Shown: positions 21,037 to 29,780 of the stretch, piece by piece
Numbering within the stretch: position 1 is the first letter of the stretch
Layout: every line of letters begins with the position of its first letter
Assembly: GCF_004340685.1 (NCBI RefSeq)
Contig: NZ_SLUN01000018.1
Span: 54,709 to 118,708, forward strand
Reading direction: 5' to 3'
DNA length: 64,000 nucleotides
Origin: Hydrogenispora ethanolica
Lineage (GTDB): Bacteria; Bacillota; UBA4882; UBA8346
Translations under genes and position numbers: made by a program
Notes under the pieces: model-generated
Database searches by the model: none
Told to the model about the DNA's origin: nothing
What the model saw: only the letters and a program-made list of their open reading frames with translations

Positions 21037-21526
21037 TTTCGACCACTCCTTTAGTTTCTTTTAAACTGGTCAGCTCTTCCTGAGCCAACATTTGATCCAT
21101 TTCCAGCAAGACAATCACTTTATTTTTTAACTTCCCGATCCCGGTCATGAATTTGCCGTCAATGACGCTGTCGTATTGCTCGGGGGGTTCGACATCGCCA
21201 GCCTGGACATTGACAACTTCTAAGACCATATCCACCACGAGGCCGAAGAGCCGTTGCTGGCCGCCGGATTGAATCTCCACCACGATAATGCAAGTCCGGT
21301 CGGAATACAGCTGTTCGGGAAGGCCGAACTTCAAGCGCAGGTCGACGACAGGCACGATTTTACCGCGCAGGTTAATGATTCCTTTGATAAACACGGGGGT
21401 TTTAGGGATCGGTGTGATCTCCATCATTCCGATGATCTCTCTAACTTGCCGAATCGGGATTCCATACCCTTCGTTCCCCAGGCCGAAGGTCAGATATTTT
21501 CCTCCGTTCATCTCGCTCTCCTCCAA
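21029..21526 (-). CDS. cheW: CheW coupling protein, module Che-A
   Basis: 165 aa CheW domain ([16 protein letters not shown]...[15 protein letters not shown]). Confidence 0.9.
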   Translation of the reverse strand: MEESEMNGGKYLTFGLGNEGYGIPIRQVREIIGMMEITPIPKTPVFIKGIINLRGKIVPVVDLRLKFGLPEQLYSDRTCIIVVEIQSGGQQRLFGLVVDMVLEVVNVQAGDVEPPEQYDSVIDGKFMTGIGKLKNKVIVLLEMDQMLAQEELTSLKETKGVVENA

Positions 21527-21698
21527 CTTTTTTCATAACCCACATTCTCATTCGCTTCACTACATCCCGACTGAGTAGCTAAAAAATGCTTTTCCCCTTC
21601 CCTCCCATGTCCAATTTGTTCTTCTGTGTTTCGGATAATGATTCATTGGAATATATTAAATGAAATATATTTCCTGGTAGATAATGATATTTGTATAT

Positions 21699-21725
21699 TT
21701 ATCGGCAGAGGAAGCCAGAACTTTA
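21699..21725 (-). promoter_or_regulatory. Sigma-D (sigma-28/FliA)-type promoter for the Che-A operon: TAAA-N15-GCCGATAA
   Basis: On the minus strand TTAAAG-gttctggcttcctct-GCCGATAA, compared with the consensus TAAA-N15-GCCGATAT. About 165 nt upstream of cheW. Confidence 0.5.
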
Positions 21726-21841
21726 ATGAATTATGCAATCGGTTCCGGGATCCCTTGACCCGACTGCATTTTGGGTTATGAACCATCATTTCTCTCCGGA
21801 ATAAATTGAAGCGGCGGATGAGGATTCCTTGGGGGGAATGG

Positions 21842-22102
21842 AAGACGGATCTTCAATCATCCAAGACCGAGCTTGAATAACGAAAGATCGATCTTCAACC
21901 ATCCAAGATCGATCTTGAATAACCGAAGATTGATCTTCAATCATCCAAGATTGATCTTGAGCGACTGAAGATCGATCTCCAACCATCCAAGATCGATCTT
22001 GAGTAACTGAAGATTGATCTTCAACCATCAAAGATCGATCTTGAATGACTGAAGATCGACCTTCAATTACCAAAGATCGATCTTGAACGGTTGAAGACTG
22101 AT
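21842..22102. repeat. Tandem array of about 12 x 21 bp (alternating half-units gatcgatcttcaaccatccaa / gatcgatcttgaataaccgaa, so a 42-bp super-period), extremely GATC-rich
   Basis: Read directly from the sequence. Seventeen GATC tetramers lie in about 260 bp, most as overlapping GATCGATC. There are no spacers, so this is not a CRISPR array. The array sits between the ybaK stop and the Che-A sigma-D promoter. Confidence 0.9.
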
Positions 22103-22195
22103 TTTAACGACATCACGCTCCTGGCGGGACCAGCGCGGATTTAGCGGCTACCTTTTCATAATTGGCCTCCGTTCCCGAAGGTCGAATCCTGCGGT

Positions 22196-22675
22196 TCACT
22201 CAATCCCAACCCGGACCGGAACCGGATGCAACACCCGGATCAGATCTTCCGGTTTGATACTCACCAGATAACCCCTTTTTCCGCCATTTATGTAGAGCAA
22301 CGGCAAGGCCAGGATGCTCTCCTCCACATACACCGGGAGCTGCTTACGGGTTCCAAAAGGCGAGGTTCCTCCGACCAGATATCCGGTATGTTTGGTGGCG
22401 GTCTCCGGCGTGCAGGGATGAATGCTCTTTACCCCGAGCACCCGGGCCAATTCCTTGGTGGAGACTTGCCGGTCGCCATGCATCAGTATCAATAACGGAT
22501 GGCGCTCCTCGTCCTCCATGACCAGCGTTTTGACGGTGCTGTGCTCATCGATGCCCAGTTCCCTGGCGGCAACCTCGGTGCCGCCCTTCTCTTCATACGC
22601 ATAAAGATGATCGGCGAAGGCCACCTTGGCCGCTCGTAATTGCCGAACTGCGGTTGTAACCGGCGTTTTTTCCAT
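22196..22675 (-). CDS. ybaK: Cys-tRNA(Pro)/aminoacyl-tRNA deacylase YbaK. The start is placed at the internal ATG 22675, which has a GGAGTG RBS; the ORF track extends to 22762.
   Basis: MEKTPVTTAVRQLRAAKV...GGTSPFG...INGGKRG match the YbaK/EbsC family. Confidence 0.75.
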   Translation of the reverse strand: MEKTPVTTAVRQLRAAKVAFADHLYAYEEKGGTEVAARELGIDEHSTVKTLVMEDEERHPLLILMHGDRQVSTKELARVLGVKSIHPCTPETATKHTGYLVGGTSPFGTRKQLPVYVEESILALPLLYINGGKRGYLVSIKPEDLIRVLHPVPVRVGIE

Positions 22676-22897
22676 CTTACGATTCACTCCAGTCTGTATC
22701 ATTGGCAGCGGGTGACCCCGTCCCAACCCTCCGTGTACCTGAGAGAATTCGCGATCCGCCAAAAGCTTCCTGCGTTTTTCCGGCGCGGTCGGGTTAAAAA
22801 AAGTTAACGATCAACTTTTATCAGTGACGGCAGGTTAATCCGGTCGCATACCGAAATAATTATGACAAAATTCAAATCATACCTCGAGGTGACCATT

Positions 22898-23461
22898 ATG
22901 AAGTCTGCCCTGTTTGTGGTCGACGTGCAAAATGATTTTTGCCCGGGCGGCAGTCTGGCGGTGGCCGGGGGCGATCAGGTCGTTCCCGTCATCAACCGCT
23001 TACTCCCCCGCTTCGACACCGTGGTGTATACCCGGGACTGGCATCCCGCCAACCATATCAGTTTCGCCGCGCAGCCTCAATTCATCGATCAATCCTGGCC
23101 GGTCCATTGCGTCGCGGGAACTCCCGGCGCGGCCTTTCACCCCGGACTGCAGGTCAGGGAAGACGCCATCATTGTCAATAAAGCGACTGCCGTCGCTCAG
23201 GAGGCCTATAGCGCTTTCCAAGGAACCGATTTAGCGGAGCGGCTGCGGAGCCTGGGTGTGGATACGCTATACCTCACCGGCCTGGCGACCGATTATTGCG
23301 TCAAAGCCACCGCCCGCGACGGATTGCGGGAAGGCTTCCGGGTGCTGGTTATCCGCGATGCCGTCCGGGGAGTGGATGTGCCGCCGGGATCGGCCGATCA
23401 GGCCCTGGCGGAAATGGCCCGGGCCGGAGCCGAAATTATCACCGCGGCCGAGGTGAAATAA
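22898..23461 (+). CDS. pncA: Nicotinamidase/pyrazinamidase (isochorismatase family)
   Basis: MKSALFVVDVQNDFCPGGSLAV...CVKATARD. GAGGTGA RBS 5 nt before the ATG at 22898. Confidence 0.85.
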   Translation: MKSALFVVDVQNDFCPGGSLAVAGGDQVVPVINRLLPRFDTVVYTRDWHPANHISFAAQPQFIDQSWPVHCVAGTPGAAFHPGLQVREDAIIVNKATAVAQEAYSAFQGTDLAERLRSLGVDTLYLTGLATDYCVKATARDGLREGFRVLVIRDAVRGVDVPPGSADQALAEMARAGAEIITAAEVK

Positions 23462-24955
23462 GTGGAAAACCTGTCGGATACCGCTGCCGGCTGGGGGGAG
23501 CGTAGAGACTCCGCCCTACTGACCGATTACTATGAAATCACCATGCTTTATGGCTTCTGGAAGTACGGCCGGCACGAGCAGCAAGCCTGTTTCGAATATT
23601 TCTTCCGTTCGTTGCCGCCTCATAACGGTTTCGCCCTCAGCGCCGGCCTGGAACAGTTCCTCGACTTTTTGCGCCATTTTGCGTTCAATCCAAGCGATCT
23701 GGCGTACCTGGGCCAACAAGGCTTCGAACCCGAGTTTCTGGAGTATCTGGCCCATTTCAAACCCGATTTCGACCTGTGGGCCGTTCCCGAAGGTTCGGTG
23801 GTCTTTCCCAATGAACCCTTGATCCGGGTCGAAGGCCCGCTCGGCTTCTTGCAACTGTTGGAAACCATCCTCTTGAACTCATTAAACTATCCGACCCTGG
23901 TGGCTACCAAAGCGGCCCGGGTCTGTTATGCCGCAGAAGGAGATCCGGTGATGGAGTTCGGCCTGCGCCGCGCCCAGGGCCCGGACGGCGGACTGAGCGG
24001 CGCCCGGGCCGCCATCATCGGCGGTTGCGTCGGAACCTCCAATGTGCTCGCCGGCAAACTCTACGGCGCCAAAATCCTGGGAACCCACGCCCATAGCTGG
24101 GTGATGAGCTTCGAGAGTGAAACCGAGGCCTTTCGCGCCTATGCCAAGGCTTTCCCCAACAATATCACGCTCTTGGTCGATACCTACGATCCGGTCAACA
24201 GCGGAATTCCCAACGCCATCACAGTCTTTCGGGAACTGCGGGCCCAGGGGCTGAATCCGCGCGGCTCGATCCGGCTCGACTCCGGCGACCTGGCCAAACT
24301 TTCCAAAGAAGCCTGGCGGCTCTTTCGCGAGGCCGGCTTCGAAAATCCGTCGATTGTAGCCTCCAATGAACTGGATGAAGACCTGATCGCCGACCTGAAA
24401 CGGCAGGGCGCCAAGATCAACTCCTGGGGCGTGGGCACCAATCTGATCACCTCCCGCGACTATCCGGCCCTGGGCGGAGTCTACAAACTGGTCGCCATTC
24501 ACGAAGCGGGCGGCTGGGAGCCGCGGATCAAGATCTCCGGCAACATCACCAAGATCACCGATCCGGGCCGGAAACGGATCATCCGCTATTACGACCATGA
24601 AAACCATCCGCTGGCCGACCTTCTCTATCTCGAAGGCGAACCGGTCCAGCAAGGCCGGGTCAAGGCTTACGATCGGGAAAATCTGCAAAAAGAGATCACG
24701 TTCCGGGCCGATCATTATACGGAACTTTCCCAAAAAATGGCCGAAGGCGGAAAATTTACGGTCGCTCCCGTATCCTTGCCGGAGCTGCAGGCGCGGGCCC
24801 AGGCCAATCTGACCTGTTTTCCCGATGAATATCGCCGGCTGCGCTACCCGCAGACCTACGACGTCTTCCTCTCTCCCGAAGCCGCCCGGGTGAAACACAC
24901 CTTGCTGGAGGCGAACGGTTTTTACCGCACCGAGGCGGCTGGCAAGGAAGAATAA
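23462..24955 (+). CDS. pncB: Nicotinate phosphoribosyltransferase
   Basis: NAPRTase family over the full length (LDFLRHFAF...GTHAHSWVMSF...). GTG start immediately after the pncA stop. Confidence 0.85.
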   Translation: MENLSDTAAGWGERRDSALLTDYYEITMLYGFWKYGRHEQQACFEYFFRSLPPHNGFALSAGLEQFLDFLRHFAFNPSDLAYLGQQGFEPEFLEYLAHFKPDFDLWAVPEGSVVFPNEPLIRVEGPLGFLQLLETILLNSLNYPTLVATKAARVCYAAEGDPVMEFGLRRAQGPDGGLSGARAAIIGGCVGTSNVLAGKLYGAKILGTHAHSWVMSFESETEAFRAYAKAFPNNITLLVDTYDPVNSGIPNAITVFRELRAQGLNPRGSIRLDSGDLAKLSKEAWRLFREAGFENPSIVASNELDEDLIADLKRQGAKINSWGVGTNLITSRDYPALGGVYKLVAIHEAGGWEPRIKISGNITKITDPGRKRIIRYYDHENHPLADLLYLEGEPVQQGRVKAYDRENLQKEITFRADHYTELSQKMAEGGKFTVAPVSLPELQARAQANLTCFPDEYRRLRYPQTYDVFLSPEAARVKHTLLEANGFYRTEAAGKEE

Positions 24956-24972
24956 GGCTGGTTGCCAGATTC

Positions 24973-25006
24973 AAAAACCCGGGTCAAAGAAAGGCCCGGG
25001 TTTTTT
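24973..25006 (+). terminator. Rho-independent terminator after pncB
   Basis: AAAAACCCGGG-tcaaagaaagg-CCCGGGTTTTTT. Confidence 0.7.
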
Positions 25007-25194
25007 AGTTCGGAACGCGAACCAACGAATATCTTATGGAAACGGTTGGAATCGCGTAAATTTTTATGAAAGCGTCTTTTCAATTTCGGGCGTTCGCGCG
25101 ATAATAATAATGAAAGAAAATTTTCAGGCACTCTCATGCCGATAGTGTCGGGCCGACACTAACAGTGCAGTCCGTCCGGCGGAAGGAAACTACG

Positions 25195-25779
25195 ATGCGC
25201 ATTCGCTTGACCTTATGTTTATTTCTCATGATCGCGGCGGTCCTCGCCATTCCTCACCGGGCGCAAGCCGCAACCTTCTCCGCCGATCTGACGGTGACCC
25301 AAAACGGGCGGGCACACTCCGGCAAGATCTACGTCCGGGACAATGCCATCCGCCAGGAATTGCGGCTTAAAAACGAGGTTCAGATCACCATCATCCGGCT
25401 CGACCAGAAACTCGTCTGGACGCTTCAGACCGCCAACCGGACCTTCCTGGAGACCGCTTACCTCGGCACCCAGACCGATCTCCAGTCCTACGGCATCAAA
25501 ACCGAGGATATCCGGGAAACCAGGACCATCGGCATTGAACAGCTGAATGGCTACCGCTGCACCGTGATTCAATACCGCTTCAATGACCCCAAGATCATGA
25601 TGACTCAATGGATAGCGACCAAACTCAATTTCACCATCAAGACGGAAATCCATGGCGTCAAAGGTTTCAATCTGACGCAAGAGCTTAAAAACATCGTCGA
25701 AACTCCGGCCGCAGACACCGTCTTCGAGATCCCGGCCGGCTATCAAAAGATCTCTTTTACCTCCCCCGACACGCCCTAA
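25195..25779 (+). CDS. Secreted hypothetical protein (signal peptide MRIRLTLCLFLMIAAVLAIPHRAQA)
   Basis: N-terminal signal peptide with an AQA cleavage motif. I recognise no conserved catalytic motif. The perfect palindrome GTGTCGG-G-CCGACAC at 25145-25159 lies just upstream. Confidence 0.6.
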   Translation: MRIRLTLCLFLMIAAVLAIPHRAQAATFSADLTVTQNGRAHSGKIYVRDNAIRQELRLKNEVQITIIRLDQKLVWTLQTANRTFLETAYLGTQTDLQSYGIKTEDIRETRTIGIEQLNGYRCTVIQYRFNDPKIMMTQWIATKLNFTIKTEIHGVKGFNLTQELKNIVETPAADTVFEIPAGYQKISFTSPDTP

Positions 25780-25895
25780 AAACCCGGTACACCGGAACAC
25801 GCCGCGGGACTTCCAAATGGTTTCCTCAAATCTTCATGCAAAAACAAAACCGCCTCCCTGCGACGGCGGTTTTCCTGTTGGCTTTTCGGAGTAGC

Positions 25896-26993
25896 TTAAT
25901 GATGGAGATAATTTTCCCGAGCAGCCTGATAGTGCGGGGTGCAGGATTCTTCGATATCCACCCGGACCGGAGTCTCCTGCTCCATCGATTCAATGATCGC
26001 CAGCACGGTCCGGGCGTCGCCCAGCTCCAGCTCCGGGGTGACCGCGATCGCTTCTTCGCCGATGTAGGCCTTGTAAAAATTGAGCAGTTCATTATAGTAG
26101 CCCCGTTGCGGCCGGTAGGGGATCTGCTTGGAATTGCCGTCATTCAGGGTGAGATTGATGACGCCGCAGTCCCGCTCTTCCTGGTAGATCTCGCCTTTCT
26201 GGCCGATGATCCGCCAGCCGACTAAAGGCCGCTGAATCTCCTTGCCGCCGGCGTAGAAGACATAGCTGCCGGTGAAGCCGCTCTGGAAGCGGAAGATGAC
26301 GTGGACCACGGTATACTGCTCGGGCGTGACCGGTTTTTGCTGCCCATACGCCATCAGCTCGTCAATCGCTCCGAAGACGTGGCGAATCGCCGCGATATCG
26401 TGCACCGCCGTATCGTAAAAGATCCCGCCCGGGAAATCGGGATGTTGCCGCCACTCCTTGGCCGGGAAGGCGTCCTTCCGCATATCGTCGGGGTAGTTGA
26501 GCACCCGGTTCCAGAGGAAGTAATCCACCTCGCCGATCTGGCCTTGCCGCACCAGATCCCGGATGAGATTGGGATCTTCGTTATACCGGTAATTCTCGGC
26601 GATCAACATCGGGATCCGGTATTTTTGGGGAAGCGCCGCGCATTTTTCGGCCTGTTCCAACGTTGGCGCCAGCGGCTTCTCCAAAATGATCCCTTTTCCG
26701 GTCCCGGCGATCTGCTGGGCGATCGCCTCGGCAACCGTAAAATTCAAACCGATTGGCACCATGATGTCGATCACCTGTACGTCGTCACGCCCCGCCAGCT
26801 GCCGGTAATCGGTGTATACGTCCTGATCGGACAGTCCCAAACGTTTCGCCCAATTCTGGGCTTTCGCCCGATCTTCGTCACAAACGGCCACGATCTGATA
26901 TTCCTCGGCCAACTCCTGGTAGGCCGGATAATGCAACCGTTCCAGAGCCATTCCGGTTCCGATGATTCCCACCTTCAAACGTTCCATCAGCAT
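25896..26993 (-). CDS. Gfo/Idh/MocA family NAD(P)-dependent oxidoreductase
   Basis: N-terminal Rossmann motif VGIIGTGMALERLHYPAY plus the family C-terminal domain. Confidence 0.8.
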   Translation of the reverse strand: MLMERLKVGIIGTGMALERLHYPAYQELAEEYQIVAVCDEDRAKAQNWAKRLGLSDQDVYTDYRQLAGRDDVQVIDIMVPIGLNFTVAEAIAQQIAGTGKGIILEKPLAPTLEQAEKCAALPQKYRIPMLIAENYRYNEDPNLIRDLVRQGQIGEVDYFLWNRVLNYPDDMRKDAFPAKEWRQHPDFPGGIFYDTAVHDIAAIRHVFGAIDELMAYGQQKPVTPEQYTVVHVIFRFQSGFTGSYVFYAGGKEIQRPLVGWRIIGQKGEIYQEERDCGVINLTLNDGNSKQIPYRPQRGYYNELLNFYKAYIGEEAIAVTPELELGDARTVLAIIESMEQETPVRVDIEESCTPHYQAARENYLHH

Positions 26994-27094
26994 CCCCCGT
27001 ATCTGTTCAAGTGATAAACTTATTATTCGTCCCTGAACGGTGAATATACGGCAAATCGGCCAATCGGCTTACAATTTTTCCATATTTGGGATTT

Positions 27095-27235
27095 CCTAAA
27101 AAAGCTGTGATTAACCCGGCTAAAAAGCCGGGAAGAGCCACAGCGATTGCTTGAAGCAAGTGATAAAGGCGTTTTTAGACTTTTTATAGGTCGAATCGAT
27201 TGGGAAGAGACTTATCACCTGGCTTTTGAAACCAA
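27095..27235 (-). promoter_or_regulatory. Copy B of a conserved nested-hairpin element (core 27104-27171), located downstream of argG and upstream of the oxidoreductase gene
   Basis: About 90% identical to copy A over roughly 68 nt. It shares copy A's outer stem, inner hairpin and U tract (detailed under copy A). It carries compensatory changes in the inner hairpin (CCCGGCU-UUUU-AGCCGGG here, CCGGCU-UUUGU-AGCCGG in copy A) and has the upstream inverted-repeat arm GTGATAA. Confidence 0.55.
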
Positions 27236-27293
27236 AAAAAGCAAGCCCGAGGTTCGGACCTGCTTCTTCGCAATTTTAGCCAGTGATAGCTTC

Positions 27294-28505
27294 TTATTTT
27301 TTCAGGCTCTGGTCCAGCGACGCCTGGACCTTGAGGGGCAACCCGAACAGGTTGATGAAACCCTCGGCGTCTTTCTGATTGTAGACCTGGTCCGCGCCAA
27401 AGGTCGCCAGTTTCTCCTGGTAAAGCGAGTACGGCGATTTCCGGCCGACAGTCTGAACCGAACCTTTGAACAATTTTACCTTGATGCTGCCGCTCACCCG
27501 CTCCTGAGTTTGATCGATAAAGGCGTCGAGCGCCTGGCGGAGCGGGGTGAACCATTGGCCGAAGTAAACCAGCTCGGCATAGCGCCCGGCGACCATCTGT
27601 TTGTAATGCAGGGTATCCCGATCCAGGGTGATGGTCTCCAGGGCGTGATGCGCCTCATACAGCACCGTGCCGGCGGGTGTCTCGTAGACGCCGCGCGATT
27701 TCATGCCCACCAACCGGTTCTCGACGATATCGACCCGGCCCACGCCGTGCCGGCCGGCGATCTCATTCAGCTTGAAGATCAGCGCGACCGGGTCGTAACC
27801 CTGGCCGTTGATCGCCACCGGGACGCCCTTCTCGAAGTCGATGGTCAGGATCTCCGGTTGATCCGGAGCCTGTTCCGGAGAGGCGGTGAGGATGAACATA
27901 TCCTCGTTATACTCGTTCCAGGGATCTTCCAAAATGCCCCCCTCGTAGCTGATGTGCCAGAGGTTGCGGTCCATCGAATAAGGTTTGGCCTTGGAGACCG
28001 GAACGGGAATCCCTCGCGCCTCGGCATAATCAATCTCCTCGTCGCGCGATTTGATATCCCATTCCCGCCAGGGGGCGATGATCTTCAGGTCCGGCTTCAA
28101 AGCCTTGAAGGTCAACTCGAAGCGGACCTGATCGTTGCCTTTACCGGTGGCGCCGTGAGCGACCGCATCGGCTCCCTCTTTGATGGCGATCTCCACCTGC
28201 CGTTTGGCGATGACCGGCCGGGCAATGGAAGTCCCCAGCAAGTAACGGTTCTCATAGATCGCTCCGGACTTGATCATCGGGAAGACAAAATCCCGCACCA
28301 GTTCTTCCTTGAGATCTTCAATATAAATCTTGCTGGCCCCGGTCTTGATGGCCTTTTCATTTAACGGTTCCAACTCTTCCTCTTGGCCGACATCCGCCGC
28401 GTACGCGATCACTTCGCAACCATAATTCTCTTTCAGCCAGGGGATGATGATTGAGGTATCCAAACCGCCCGAATACGCCAGAACCACCTTGTTTAATTTT
28501 TCCAT
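27294..28505 (-). CDS. argG: Argininosuccinate synthase. The start is placed at the ATG 28505, preceded by GGAGGAG; the ORF track extends to 28568.
   Basis: [35 protein letters not shown] and the full-length ArgG family. Confidence 0.9.
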   Translation of the reverse strand: MEKLNKVVLAYSGGLDTSIIIPWLKENYGCEVIAYAADVGQEEELEPLNEKAIKTGASKIYIEDLKEELVRDFVFPMIKSGAIYENRYLLGTSIARPVIAKRQVEIAIKEGADAVAHGATGKGNDQVRFELTFKALKPDLKIIAPWREWDIKSRDEEIDYAEARGIPVPVSKAKPYSMDRNLWHISYEGGILEDPWNEYNEDMFILTASPEQAPDQPEILTIDFEKGVPVAINGQGYDPVALIFKLNEIAGRHGVGRVDIVENRLVGMKSRGVYETPAGTVLYEAHHALETITLDRDTLHYKQMVAGRYAELVYFGQWFTPLRQALDAFIDQTQERVSGSIKVKLFKGSVQTVGRKSPYSLYQEKLATFGADQVYNQKDAEGFINLFGLPLKVQASLDQSLKK

Positions 28506-28577
28506 CATGACTCCTCCGTTCGTTTTAACGATAAAAGCAAACCTTGGTTCAGAAATTGATTTTAGCACCGTTTATAT

Positions 28578-29765
28578 TCAGGAAAACTCCCGCAATACCT
28601 GCTTCATGATGGCCAAAGCTTCATCCAGTTCAGCCGGAGGGATATTCAAGGCCGGCAAGATGCGGATGGCGGTATCGGTGACTGCGTTGACCACCAACCC
28701 CCGCTCCAGACATTTCAGCATCACCGGTTTACTGGGGATATTCAGATCGAGAGCCAGCATCATGCCGATGCCCCGCGAACCTTTGATCACCGGAAGCTCT
28801 TTCCGCCATTCTTCCCAGGTATCTTGGATATGGCGGCCCTTGCGGATGACTTCGGCCATGAGGCCGGGCTCCTGCAGCAGATCGAGTACGGCCAGGCCGG
28901 CGGCGAAGGCCATGGCGCCTCCACCTATTGTCGTGCTGTGATCACCCGGCTCGAAAAGATTGGCCCGTTCGTCCACGAGCAATGCTCCGCAGGGGATTCC
29001 GCCGCCCAAAGTTTTGGCGACGGTGATCACATCCGGACGGAAGTGGAAATGTTCGTAGGCAAAATACTTGCCGGTCCGGCCGAAGCCGGTCTGAACCTCA
29101 TCCACCATCACCAGCACCCGCCGCTCACGGCAGAATGCGACCAACCCGGCGATGAACTCGGGATCGGCCGGGACCACGCCGCCTTCACCCTGCACCAATT
29201 CGATGAGAATGGCGCAACTCTGGTCGCCGATCGCCGTCTTCCAGGCGTCGAGGTCATTCATGGGAGCGTAGACAAAGCCCCGCACCACCGGTTGAAAACT
29301 GGCCTGATACTTCGGCTGCCCCGTCGCGGACAACGCGCCGAAGGTCCGGCCGTGAAACGAATCCCGGGCGGTGACGATCTGATACTTGCCGTCCAAATGG
29401 ACCTTGCCATACTTGCGGGCCAGCTTCAGCGCGGCTTCGTTGGCCTCGGCGCCGCTATTGGAGAAGAAGACCTGCTGAAAACCTGTTAATTTGGTCAAAG
29501 CCGCCGCCAGCTTAACCTGTTCCTCCAGATAAAAGTAGTTGGAGACATGGATAATCTTCCCGGCCTGGCGCACCAATGCTTCCGTGATGGCCGGATGGGA
29601 ATGGCCGAAATTATGGACCGAGATCCCGGTCAAAAGATCGAGATACTCCTTGCCATCCGCATCCCATAGGCGCGACCCCTCGCCCCGGGTGAAGACCACC
29701 GGCAACCGGCCGACGTTTTTCATCACCGCCGGCTGCCCCAGCTCGAGCAAGCTGGAATTCGACAT
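28578..29765 (-). CDS. argD: Acetylornithine aminotransferase. The start is placed at the ATG 29765; the ORF track extension to 30032 reads through the leader element.
   Basis: Class III aminotransferase (PVVFTRGEGSRLWDADGKEYLD...). The internal start MSNSSLL is consistent with ArgD length. Confidence 0.85.
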   Translation of the reverse strand: MSNSSLLELGQPAVMKNVGRLPVVFTRGEGSRLWDADGKEYLDLLTGISVHNFGHSHPAITEALVRQAGKIIHVSNYFYLEEQVKLAAALTKLTGFQQVFFSNSGAEANEAALKLARKYGKVHLDGKYQIVTARDSFHGRTFGALSATGQPKYQASFQPVVRGFVYAPMNDLDAWKTAIGDQSCAILIELVQGEGGVVPADPEFIAGLVAFCRERRVLVMVDEVQTGFGRTGKYFAYEHFHFRPDVITVAKTLGGGIPCGALLVDERANLFEPGDHSTTIGGGAMAFAAGLAVLDLLQEPGLMAEVIRKGRHIQDTWEEWRKELPVIKGSRGIGMMLALDLNIPSKPVMLKCLERGLVVNAVTDTAIRILPALNIPPAELDEALAIMKQVLREFS

Positions 29766-29780
29766 CACAATACACCTGCC

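Noticed and set aside
21786-22073. 95-aa ORF encoding a DRSSVIQDRSWMVE-type repeat peptide
   Set aside because: It starts with TTG inside the repeat array and has no RBS. The open frame is explained by the 21-bp (7-codon) periodicity of a stop-free repeat. Kept only as a caveat in the repeat finding.
21842-22102. Possible CRISPR array
   Set aside because: The 21-bp units are directly contiguous with no unique spacers between them. Unit length and the GATC content are unlike CRISPR repeats. No cas genes are nearby.
23882-24898. 338-aa minus-strand ORF antisense to pncB. Similar long antisense ORFs lie at 27147-28364 opposite argG, 26301-27014 opposite the oxidoreductase and 56322-57350 opposite comFA.
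   Set aside because: These are typical stop-poor antisense frames of GC-rich coding DNA. They are Gly/Arg/Pro-rich, lack an RBS, and each is fully overlapped by a well-supported gene.
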